From Trichosphaerium sp. ATCC 40318 (taxonomy: Eukaryota; Protista; Tubulinea): a stretch of DNA of 64,000 nucleotides. A program made the position numbers and the translations under genes. Location: NCBI GenBank assembly GCA_038496445.1, contig JALMLS010000640.1, positions 95,135 through 159,134 of the forward strand, given 5' to 3'. Shown in pieces: positions 25,296 through 36,374 of this stretch (position 1 is the stretch's first letter; the number at the start of each line of letters is the position of its first letter). The notes under the pieces were generated by a model. The model was given only the letters and a program-made list of their open reading frames with translations, had not been told where the DNA came from and ran no database searches.

Positions 25296-27881
25296 ATGAA
25301 AGCAAAGCTAGGGTGTTGCTGTACGTTTAAAGGTGTTGGTTTTAGTGACATTACTGATGATAAATCGTCAACAGCATGCTACACGCATTCTAGACGCGTG
25401 AGAAAGCATAGCAGGCGTAATTGTACACGGAATTATTCAACCAGCGATGTTTCTGTCACAAACGATGTTGTAGATGAACAAAAGCCTAAGAGGTATGTAC
25501 TATAACGCTTTGGTATCAAATTGTAAGTGCTGGCTCTCAATAATTGATAAAACCATTGGTAAACGGTTCTCCGCTGATGAAAAAGCAGAAAAAAGCACAG
25601 TGACCTTATAGCAAGGCAATACAAGATTTTTCAACAAGTTGGTGACAGTCTCGGTATTAAGACGTTTGATGACTGGTACACCATAGACAAACAAGATGTA
25701 AGCGATTTGATCGGTAGTAGCATCTTCAACAAGTGCGTGGTGATGCAAAAACTTGAAAAAGAAATTTAATAAGATTGCATATTTTAGATATAACAGGTGC
25801 TTGGGTACAGCGTTACATCATGTATTCCCAGACGTTGAGTGGCAAGATTGGCGTTTCGGGTATCTTTACAAATGATCTTTTTTTGAAAATAATCACGTGT
25901 TGTAGTCGTGCACCTCCAGGATTCTGGTTGGTTTTACAAAATCAAAAAACATTCATTGATAGTGTTGCAAGTGAAATGGGCGTTAAAACTCTGGATGATT
26001 GGTATCGTATTGGTACTCATACACTCATAGATTATGGCGCATCGGGTATGATGATGGAAAGGTACACGTGAACCAAAGTTTAGTTCTAAAAAATCATCAA
26101 CTTTTGTAAAACATCTTTTTATCTGATAGTCTTTTTGTTTAAAAGGTATGGAAACTCTGTGTCAAGACTAGTAAGACAATTGTATCCTGGATTTAAATGG
26201 GATAGTAAAAAATTCTTGTACGTCGCTAGAAATTCGGGTATTGGTTTGTTGTTGGTTGTTTTTTTTTGTTTCAAAACAATAAACTGTGACAAAGCATTGA
26301 TACAAGTTTAGGTATTGTCCACGGAATCTATGGGAAAATACTGTAAGACAGTATAAAATTATGGAAGGTATAAGCAAGAGGTATAATGTGAAGACATGTG
26401 AAGAATGGTATTCAAGATGTCATAAAGTTAAACTGTCAATGCAAGAAAGATACATAATTTCAAAGTAAGTTTTGTTACGCTACTGACAATGATTGGTAAA
26501 TGAATTAATGTGAATGTTCTCGTAGGTATGATAATGAATTAAAGAACGCAATAATGGGGATATACACTAATTTTAATTGGATGCCTTGGCGGTTCAAGTT
26601 CGTTTTGGTTTTTTTTGTGATTTTTACCTTTTTCTTGTTCGATTTGGACTTGTATTCTAATAAATCTTAGTCGTGTTGATGTTGGTTACTGGACAGGTAA
26701 TACGGGTGTCAAAAATCAGAGAGAACGGTTTGAAGATTTGGGTAACCTGTTGGGTGTAAAAAGGATGGACGATTGGTATAATGTAAGATTGACTGATGTT
26801 GCTCACGTTGGTGGCTCTACTCTACTCAGAATGCACGTGATTTCTTGAAGGTTATGTTCATTCTAATTGATTTATTTAGAAACGGCAACAGCCTTGCAAG
26901 CGGTCTTCTAAAGGTGTACAGTGACTATCCATGGAACCTAAACAATTTTGAGTACGAAGATATTGATTTTAACTTGAGTTTGTTTTACTTTCTGTCAACT
27001 CTGTCTTACAACAACTTTAGTATCAAACGTAGTATATATCCTATAGGATTTTGGAAGGACAATGTAAATATAAGAAGCTTCTTTAAGAAAGCTGAGAATG
27101 TCTTAAGGATCAACAATCCGTGGGATTGGTAAGTGAATCAAAGACCAAAATCAAATCAACCTCACTGTAAACTCCTAAGTCCGTCACTAGGTACACTGTA
27201 TCTGTATCGCAGTTAGTTCAATTGTCTAGTGGAGCTACGAGTGTATTCCCAAAAGCACTAGGGATGATGTATCCTGAAGTAGAATGGGATTGGAGCCTTT
27301 TCAAGGTTTCTTTTAAAAAAACATGTCAATGGTAACTTACAGCTTCAATACTTTTCTGGGCTAACCTTTCATTATTTCAGGCAGCTTGTTCAGTGTGTAA
27401 AAAGTATATTTCCTCGGCATGAGGTAGAAGAGGAACATTATATTGGGTTTAGAGAAGACACAGGCGTAGCGCTTAATGTAGATGTTTTTGTCCCTCACTT
27501 TAATCTTGCCTTAGAATATCAAGGTACTTTGTTTTGTCTCACTTTACCAAACAGCAAGCTTAATAATTTCTTTAGGTGAACACCATTATAAGGATGATAT
27601 ACCTTATGCGCTACCATCAATAGTTTACGGCAACAGAGATTTTGAGAAGGCGGATTTATGCCAGCAGTTTGGTACCAACATCTTTGTCTTGTTTTTGGGA
27701 AAAACCAGTTGATTTTGACCTTGTTTGTACAGGCATTTGTTTGGTTCCTGTTCCATATTGGTGGCGTGGTGATGTAGATACATTAGCTGCAACTATACTT
27801 CATTATAAACCAGACTTGAAGTTTGACCTTCCGGCTCATGTACGGGCTTTAACATCAGTGAACCATCAAGAGGGTACCTAA
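25296..27881 (+). CDS. Trp-rich tandem-repeat protein with a C-terminal PD-(D/E)XK (RAP/DUF559/Vsr-like) endonuclease-like domain
   Basis: Splicing 13 introns gives five ~70-75-aa repeats (GFW...NQ..F...LG.K..DDWY.I.....GG..LL..Y.NS...L...YP...W...F), then LNVDVFVPHFNLALEYQGEHHY...RDFEKADLCQQFGICLVPVPYWW. The N-terminus is Arg-rich and ends TRNYS. A further 3' exon to about 28054 is possible. Confidence 0.75.
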
Positions 27882-28222
27882 TTGACTAGATTTTTTTCCT
27901 TACTCAATAAGTTGTTGCTAAACATGCATCTTAGGCTACAGCAGACCTATTATGTCTCCATGCGCTACTTTATCAGTTTGACACTCTGAAACAATGTACA
28001 GTTTTTTTTCACTGGCTCCAATAAACAAATACAAAGATTGATGCGTGTAATGTGAGTACTGCACTTACTGCGCTCACTCCTATTTCCTTTGGTAAACTAG
28101 TACCTTTGTTTCATGTATTTTTATCCAAAACTTAGAGAGTTCTTAACAGCTAGAACCGTTGAAACATATAGCAGTTAGTGCCATAAAACTACACAAAACA
28201 TAAGGCTAAGTTTGCTGTTTTA

Positions 28223-29167
28223 TTAATAACAAAATGGTGCTTCCTTTAAAATAGTTATACCCAATGCTTCAATAGCTTCATTCGTAATACAAGTCTTACC
28301 CACAAGGTTAATGAATTTAAGTGATTTCAAGTATTTTAAGCAATCATCTGTAGGGCCAGTGTCACAATACCAAAGTGCAAGATATTTAACATTCACACAA
28401 CTTTTAAAGCATGAATCTTGTATACCCTTACACGTTGAAAAAGAAAGCTTTTCAAGGTTAACCATATCCTTAAAACAGTTTTCTGTTAAATTATCACAAA
28501 GGCATAAAGTAAGATTCTTGACATTCGTCAAAAACTGAATACCATCACCAGTTATTGAAAATGCTCTATCCAGAAAAATAGTATTTACATTTCCAAGATG
28601 CCTTAAGGATTCATTTTGTGGACAACTTAAACTGATTTTATGAACATCCTTCAATGCTTCCAGACCTTGCACAGTAATACCCGAACAATCAGTGAGATCA
28701 ATTGTATGGACTCCTCTTAATGCCTTCAAAGAAACATCTGTTATATTTGTATCTCCCAAATCAATTGTATGTATTGTATGTTCTCCTCCTTTTAACAGAA
28801 TCTCTATACCCTCGTCTGTAATATTAGTTTCTTCTAAGTCTATATTACGAACACCAGAAAGGCATTTCAAGTCGTTTTCTGAAAAGTTAAGTGCGTTATC
28901 TGTTAAGGCATTGTAGCAATAGATTTTCGTGTTCTTAAGTAACGGGCTGTCTTTTAGGAAAGCGCAGTCTGAGGAATGCTTCAAGATTAGCGATATTAAG
29001 CCAACGTTGTGACGAATGATGTTGTTAAAAAGATGAGAAGCTTCAGAAGCTTTAATACGGTCTCCTTTATCCAAATAGCGTAGAATATGAGTCAGTATTT
29101 CTGTTGCCAGAGGTTGAGATTGTGCTCTGTCGTCATTAGTCCCGGAGTCTCTTATCACGTTTTCCAT
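28223..29167 (-). CDS. Intronless F-box-like + LRR protein
   Basis: PLATEILTHILRYL (F-box-like), HNVG...SPLLKNT linker shared with the other two LRR genes, and LRRs such as VHTIDLTDCSGITVQGLEAL. Confidence 0.85.
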   Translation of the reverse strand: MENVIRDSGTNDDRAQSQPLATEILTHILRYLDKGDRIKASEASHLFNNIIRHNVGLISLILKHSSDCAFLKDSPLLKNTKIYCYNALTDNALNFSENDLKCLSGVRNIDLEETNITDEGIEILLKGGEHTIHTIDLGDTNITDVSLKALRGVHTIDLTDCSGITVQGLEALKDVHKISLSCPQNESLRHLGNVNTIFLDRAFSITGDGIQFLTNVKNLTLCLCDNLTENCFKDMVNLEKLSFSTCKGIQDSCFKSCVNVKYLALWYCDTGPTDDCLKYLKSLKFINLVGKTCITNEAIEALGITILKEAPFCY

Positions 29168-29457
29168 TAATATATACGATATTAACACTACTCAACGTGG
29201 TTTAGTGCTCAAGCGGTTTATTTTGAATATCTTTGACTTCTAATTTCGAATCGCACAAAAAACACGCAAGCTGCTCATAACACCATTTGCGGTTATTGAG
29301 TCAATCCTTTGTAAAACGTGATACAATATATATATATATAGAACACATTGCATTCTTTCATTAGCTATTGTAGGAGTACACGAGGAGCTCAGAGAAAAAA
29401 GAGTCGGATGCCAAATGTAGACTTGTTTTCTTGGTTTTTTCTTTTGTTTTTTTATAT

Positions 29458-32400
29458 TTACACATCACGTTCATGTGGTTCTTTGTAATCAAGACCTAAC
29501 GCTAAAAATACATCCCTTTCAGTTTTTAAAGGTACTGGATCACCTTTTACATCATCTCCATATCGTGTAACCAAAGCATGTTCACTTAAAGAGTATCCTA
29601 ATTTCCTTGCCCACAATCTCATTGATCTGTAGGTAACAAGTTATAAACCTTTGGTGAAAGTACATATTACATACCTATTAAAATGTCCAGAACCAGTAAA
29701 ATACAGTAGGGCACCTAGAAATCATTTTAGTGCTCGAACAAGTAAACTAACATTAAAAATATGACAAACCGAAGTACTTCAAAAGACATGAATAACAAAA
29801 GGTCATTTCATCATGTCATGACGTCATAATTTACTGGTTGGTAATTCTCATACTAAACAATATCCTGAATGTGACTCACAAGCTCAGTTTTTCAAAAACA
29901 AGGATGTACTGCAACGAATGTAACAGCCAAAAATAAAGAAAGAAATACAAAAAAAGGTTTTGTTTTAAATAACGTACATGGCCACTCTCCCTTTGCTATT
30001 ATTTTAATGTCAATCCGCCTATGTAAACTTTTTGCATTCAATTGACACACTCCTAATCAAGCAATTAAAATACCGAAAACACTCAGACAATGACTTGAAT
30101 GTCCAAAAAAAAAAAAGCCTGAAAAAGCTGACTTACCCATGTACTTATCTGTATTCTTAGTCATACTTGTTAGATCATCTGTCAGAAGACCATTATCATG
30201 AAGAGAACGTAAGAGCTTTGGCAATAACCCATCCAAGGAATCATCATATTCGTGAGTGACTGGATCATATAAGAGATAAAACATTCAATACTTCAAAAAA
30301 AATACCTAAGATATCAATATCACCACAATCGGGTTTACCTCTTCTGTATGAACCTGGACAGCATTAGAAAACGCCCAACATAACAACAAGGTTTCTTGGT
30401 AGCTTAGAAACAACATACCGCATACTTCAAAGATGAGATTAGGGTCATGAACTTTACAAACATTCGAAAAGATTGTAGCAATTTCTTCAATCTCCGCACG
30501 AGGAATTCGCTGTTTGAACTAAGTACACAAGTTATGAAAAAAGCGAATAACCTTTCAAAAGAAGAATAAAATCGGGAATAGAAATAAACACGTTTTGTAT
30601 TAAACGAAGTACTTTACTTACCTCTTCATAGTACTTAAGTCCTATAATATGTTGTGGGTTAAGTTTTGCTTTTTCCCTAATTTCATCAAGAGTCCTGAAC
30701 CCCTAACGAACATACATCAATAATAGCTTCTACAAACCTTAATATTGTACTTACTTTTGCATACCACCTTCGCGCAATAGTAGGTCCAACGCCAAATACA
30801 CCCATAAACAGACCTAAACAAAACAATCAATTTATGAACCTGAAAAGAAAAGAAAAAAAGTGGTTGAGATTGCCTTTTATAGCTTACCTAATGTCATATT
30901 CTGTTCGTCATTCTGCATTTCATCTGCCTTACGTAACTGTCCAGTAGCCAAAATTTCGTCAATCTAAGATCGTAAGAAAGTAAGCCAAAGGGGTTAAAGG
31001 GACTTAGAGATTTGACATCTTTTTTACCTTGTCAGCGATGCTTTTTCCTATACCACGTATTTGACTTGCTTGTTTTCCACTTGTAATTTTGACCTTACAT
31101 GCCTTTAATATATTCACTGCTTTCCTATAAGCAAAAGTACGCCAAGGGTTACCAGCAGTCTCATTCAACTTTAACATTTTTGTCTGAAAAACACGTGTCA
31201 GCAAAAATATATGTATGCTCTATTTCTCCGTTTCCGTACGTACCAAAATTTCTACCAATTGTGCATTTGGTTGTTCATTAGGGGGTGCAGCCTTACCGCT
31301 GTTTTGACAAGCAAAGTACTTTTTCTTTTTGGACAACCACTTGTTTTCTTCACACCTAAATTTTTTCTCGTTTTCTTCGTATTCTGGAGAATCTGCGAAA
31401 CTACGGTCTGGAGAACCTCCATCTGTTGTTTTGGAGGGCATCTATACATCATTTAATAGTGAGGAATACTTTAGAGTAAACATACAGGTTCATCAGAGAA
31501 TAAAGGAGTGAAGAAAGGATTTTTCTTGAGTTCATCTCGATTTGGTGATGAACGAGGAGAGGTTGGCGTAGATGGCGGCATAGAAGGTCCAGTCGCTCGT
31601 GTCATAGACTGTAAGTTTGATGAAGATGTGCTCGGTGATGGAGGTGTTGCTAAATCATCGTATATTGGCCTTATATTAGGGTCTGAAGTCGAGTCTAACG
31701 TTTTGGATTTCAGCGAATATTTGGCATTAAAAAAAAACAGGCGCGAAAACTCAAAAAAAGTACACGGACATACCGTCATCGAGAGACATTAAACTAGGTT
31801 GTATGCTCATATCAAGAGACATAGAACAAGCTAGTTGGGAATCACGGCTTTGCGAAACTTGTGCGATATCATAGTCAGACACCATTTGTTCTTCAAAAGC
31901 GCTGACTGGGTATGACAGCCAGCTGTCTTCTTCTGTATCTTCTGTAACGATACTAGGGTTTTGACTTTTCTAAATTCGAATAAAAACCATTGAACTCGCC
32001 GTTTTATGACTTTGTCAAGCTGTCTACGCACTTGTTCAAGTTTTCTTCGCTTTGGTGGTGTTGCTTTTGAGTCATCTTCGAATATACTCAAGCTTTGATC
32101 TGTCGTTGAGCGGTACACGTCTTGTAGTGGACGCTTTGTTCCTTTCTTGTTTGGAGGTGATGACGAGAATTTAAATAGTGCTGTGGTATCCTTTGTAGGA
32201 GTGCGTATTGGTGTTTGTAATGGTTTGTAAGGTGAATTTAATGTTTGTTCGCTTTGCTTGTTAGGGCTTCGCATCCGCTTGGCGTATTCGCTTGGACTGG
32301 CCTGTGTGCCACGTAAAATGCTCTGAGACACCCAACCAATGTTGTGAATTCTAGATTTTGCCTAAAAATAAGTAAGCACTGCTGTTATACCTATAGAACT

Positions 32401-32734
32401 GATACAGTGCGCATAACTGACGCAGCGAGATCGTTTATACGTTTCTCGGAGTAAACATGTAATTTAAACTTCCCGCCTTTGCTGAACAGGCACGTACCGG
32501 CAGTTTGCCTCCAGGTAAGAGTTTAACAGCGTCGTTAAAGTTTAAGGATGTAAGAACTACATTAACTTTGTCATTACACTTCTCTTTAACAATTCCGCCC
32601 TTAGTTTGTATGTGCTCTTTCAAAATACGTAATTGAACGCTTCCAATGCCTTTTTTGATAAAAAACGCGCAAACATCACCAAACAAGGTGCTATTACTCT
32701 TTGGCTTAGGTTTGAGCTGGAGGGATCGCCTCAT
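29458..32734 (-). CDS. POLL: Family X DNA polymerase lambda (BRCT + Ser/Pro linker + 8-kDa lyase + nucleotidyltransferase)
   Basis: N-terminal BRCT-like exon; NAQLVEIL...RTFAYRKA...IRGIGKSIADKIDEILATG; GVFGVGP; GSYRRGKPDCGDIDIL; KYMGVC; HRRIDIK; ALLYFTGSGHFNRSMR; LSEHAL; EPHERDV*. Confidence 0.93.
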
Positions 32735-33463
32735 TCATTCAATTCCGCGAATCATTAAGCTGGTTAAGATATATTGGTAAGTTTCGATTCGAATTGATTT
32801 ATGTCAACCGTCACCGTTTTTATAGTTAGTAGGCTCAAATGAGATGATCACACAAGTCGTGACGTGGTTCTACGTTATGATTTCGTAATATTGCTAATGT
32901 ATCAGTAAGTGACAGTGCGCATGAAATGTTTAGAGAGGAAATTATGGTTGTAATTTGACTTTAAGCAACTTTTCAAAACGTTACTCCCCGATTAGTAATC
33001 AGGCACGTGCATTTAGCATCAGGCTTGTAACAGCAATGAATTTCTCCGGTATGTCAGCACAGCAAGCGATTGCGTACTATCGCAAGAGCCACTTCAAAGC
33101 ATTGGTCAAAAAAGAACGAAACAACTGATAGAATTCATAAAAAAGCTTCAAGACGACTTCAAAGTTTTTTACATGTTGCTACGAAGAGCTAAAGCTACAA
33201 CCACAGCATGGATTTACTCTCGTACGCGTAGAAAACATAGGAGTGCAACTTGAGGAAGTTGCAATACTCTATCTGTTTCTTCACTAAATTGGTAATCCAC
33301 GTGACAATTTACATTTCGAAAAGTATGTGAGAGGCGCTAAAGTGCATGCTTTGAGAGTATAGCTTCACGAGTCATATTCACGTAACAATTTACAGTTTCA
33401 GAACAAGTCAATTCTCGAATTAAGCTAAGCTTGCTTTGAACATTCTTTGAGGACACGCCAGCG

Positions 33464-35582
33464 ATGAGTATTCGCGAACATAAGAATGCTAAGCGTAAGC
33501 GTATGCATAGAGGTAAGTAAATGGCTATTTTATATTTTTCTTGCTGTTTTTCTCAATAACCGCACTAGTTAAAAAGAAGGCAAAAAAGCCACGCAGACCG
33601 CACCGCAAACAGGAAATTAAATGGAAGAGACTTATCAGAACTGGCTACGTACGCTTAAAAAAGTGTGTAAAAGCGCTTAATATGCGTATTAGCTACCGCC
33701 AGACGCGTTAGAACGCAAAGAAGAGTTCGCTGACGAAAATGGCAACCCAGTGCCATGTGTCGACAAACCAAAAGCCTCATGGGATAGCTATAGCGAAGGC
33801 TCCAGTTTTGACGAAGATGATGTGATGGAAGACGTAATTATGGCCAAAACCAAGCAAACAGTTCTAGGCGGACGAGGTGGCATTAACGTGATACCTGAAG
33901 CGACGCCTGATGGGTATTAAAGATTTTAAACGGGGAAAAAAAAATTGTTTTTTGTAGATCAGGTTTTTCCGCCCAAACTAACACCAAATAGCTTGGAAGA
34001 CCAATTTGCGACAGAAGTAAAAACATTATCATCAAAACTGAAAATAAACCCAGAAACACCTTGGGAAGACGTTCTTGGTATTTACAATTCTGATGAAGAT
34101 GATGATGATCGCAATGCGTTGACTAGGTATGCAATAAATTGCTTTAAAGCGAAAAAAAATTAGTTTTTTGCAAATGATAAAAATTGATCAAATGTCATCG
34201 CGTAATGTCCTCTAAAATTATTCTATTAAGCTCTGATGGTGATGAAAGACGTTCTGAAAAATCTGTAACAAATGCAATAAGGTTAGGAGACGAAGAAAGT
34301 GAGTCAGACGATTGGTACGAAAAGTTTTTGAAAAAAATAAAGAAAAAACAAGAAGGAATTATTCACGTTCTTGAAAATGCTTTTAATTTAATCTAACGTT
34401 GTTTATCTAGGAGTAGAGATGAAGACGATAGTCTCAGATACCTTGATTTAGAGGAAGAAGGCTATACAAGGGTATTAAAGAGGCGTAAATATGCAACTGG
34501 TGGATACTACGCCAAGGGACCTTATTATGAGCCAGATCCTAATGTTAGAGTTGTAAGAGTACCGAAGAAAAATTTCAGAGCGCGTGCTACTTCTTTGGGT
34601 GATTTACAGAGGAACGAAAGAGAAAAAATGTATCAATCCCAAAAAGCAAAGGATGAAATGGAAGAAATTTCAGATTTTTTGAATGGTGAGGCGTTTTGAA
34701 AAAATCTAAACAAACCGCTCTCGAACAAACCATATCCTGTCCTCCCTCCAACTGCTTTCTTCATTCTTCTTGCCTACAAGATGTTTTGAAATGTGTAAAT
34801 AGTAAAAATAACATAAAAACATCTGCTGTTTTGTTAAGTATGTTTCGAGTGTTTGCTCACGTTTAAGGTATTGTAGTACTAAAGAGAGTACAGTGAAAAC
34901 AAGAGGGGAACATTTGAGAGCAACAAAATGGAGTAGACAAGTGTAGACGCCTTAATTTTCTTTAAATTGTAGTGGAGTGTAGGGTTGATTGATATTTGTG
35001 TTAACTTAACAAGCTTAAGTTGAATCAATCTTATGCAAACAACCTATGGGTAACAACGCCTCTCAGTACTATTGTAATAAAACATAAAAATCGCGTAGCT
35101 ACCTGTTGATATTTGTTCTAGATGACTCTGAAGACGACCAATACTACTTAGTAGAAGATGACTCTGAAGAAGAAGATTATTACTCTGATGACGACCGTCA
35201 CTCATATAGCAATTCTAATAAGACCGTAGCCGTGAGTTTATTCTATTACTCTGTACTTACGAAACAATTTTCAATCTAGAATAATTGCACATCAAATAAC
35301 ACAAGCAGTCCAGTTATGGCATTTGGAGACTCACATCAAATCGTCAATAGTACAAAATAATGTGCACTTTTGCTTTTCATCCTCAATTTCAATCTAGGGC
35401 CAACGATGTACGCTCCTCCTCGTGAAGTATACAGTCCTATGTATAGAGAACCTGTGAATACGCCGTACTATCCACTACCGAATACAGAACAAGATGAGTC
35501 AGAAGATGACGTTTCAGAGGACCTAGAAGAAGATTTCGAAGCAGATTTATTGAACCGAACTTATGCACCTCAATCTCCATAA
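33464..35582 (+). CDS. Hypothetical low-complexity acidic/basic protein (multi-exon)
   Basis: ATG at 33464 with Lys/Arg-rich exons and then Asp/Glu-rich exons joined by GT-AG introns, one of about 436 nt. No recognisable domain. Confidence 0.5.
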
Positions 35583-36374
35583 AAAGTTATATTCACAAAT
35601 ACTTGTACCGTTTTTTTTTACTCGATACTAAAGTAACTCTGTTTCATACGTGATATGTGCCTGTCAATGAAGTTGATACACCCACAGAAGAAAAGCAAAA
35701 GTAGTGATCCTTTTTCTGGTCATTTAGAGCGCTTTTTACAAAACTCGCAAAGGTGTCACGCTGAAGCGTTTGTTGTCATTTTTGGCGTGTTTGCAATCAA
35801 AACTCACACTGTTTTGGCTTTTTTGCTCTCGCTCACAACGCTCCTGAAACGCACACAAATAGTCGAACTTGGCTCTCCTACGCATGTAAAGCCCACAGAC
35901 ACGGAAACATGTTAGCGGAAGTAGACATAGAGATGTATTTACAAACTTGCAACTAACGTTGTAGTGCACAAAATTGCACTGTACGTCTTTACATATGATT
36001 TTACACCAAACAGCAAATTAAGCATGCTGGGTAGTATTTAACACTTGTTGGCCATCGTGGTGGACATGACGTAATGCACGCAAATCGTAACTGCGTTTTT
36101 CAAAAACTATGCCGTTACAACTGATTGAGCAAACTTGATGTAAATATGAGTTCATGAATGAGACCCCTCATTAAGTCGCTTGTTATAAGTTTAATAAACA
36201 GATTTCTCACAGTTTATTTGCGTTCACATCACTTAAGAATAGCATTGCAGGCTATTCATACATTTAATTAATTCAAAAACCCGAAAGAAACGTATCGTCA
36301 AAGGTGCGAAGTTTGTTTACCTTAAATTGAAGAAAACTAACATACAAACCTGGTTAGAGCGATTAACGTACAAA

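Noticed and set aside
29716-29977. ATGATGA (C-box-like) in a long Pol lambda intron
   Set aside because: No downstream CTGA D box or terminal stem.
33037-33160. GMSAQQAIAYYRK...QLIEFIKKL resembling the C-terminus of a dual-specificity phosphatase
   Set aside because: It needs a frameshift and has no CX5R motif. At most a remnant, and too short to support.
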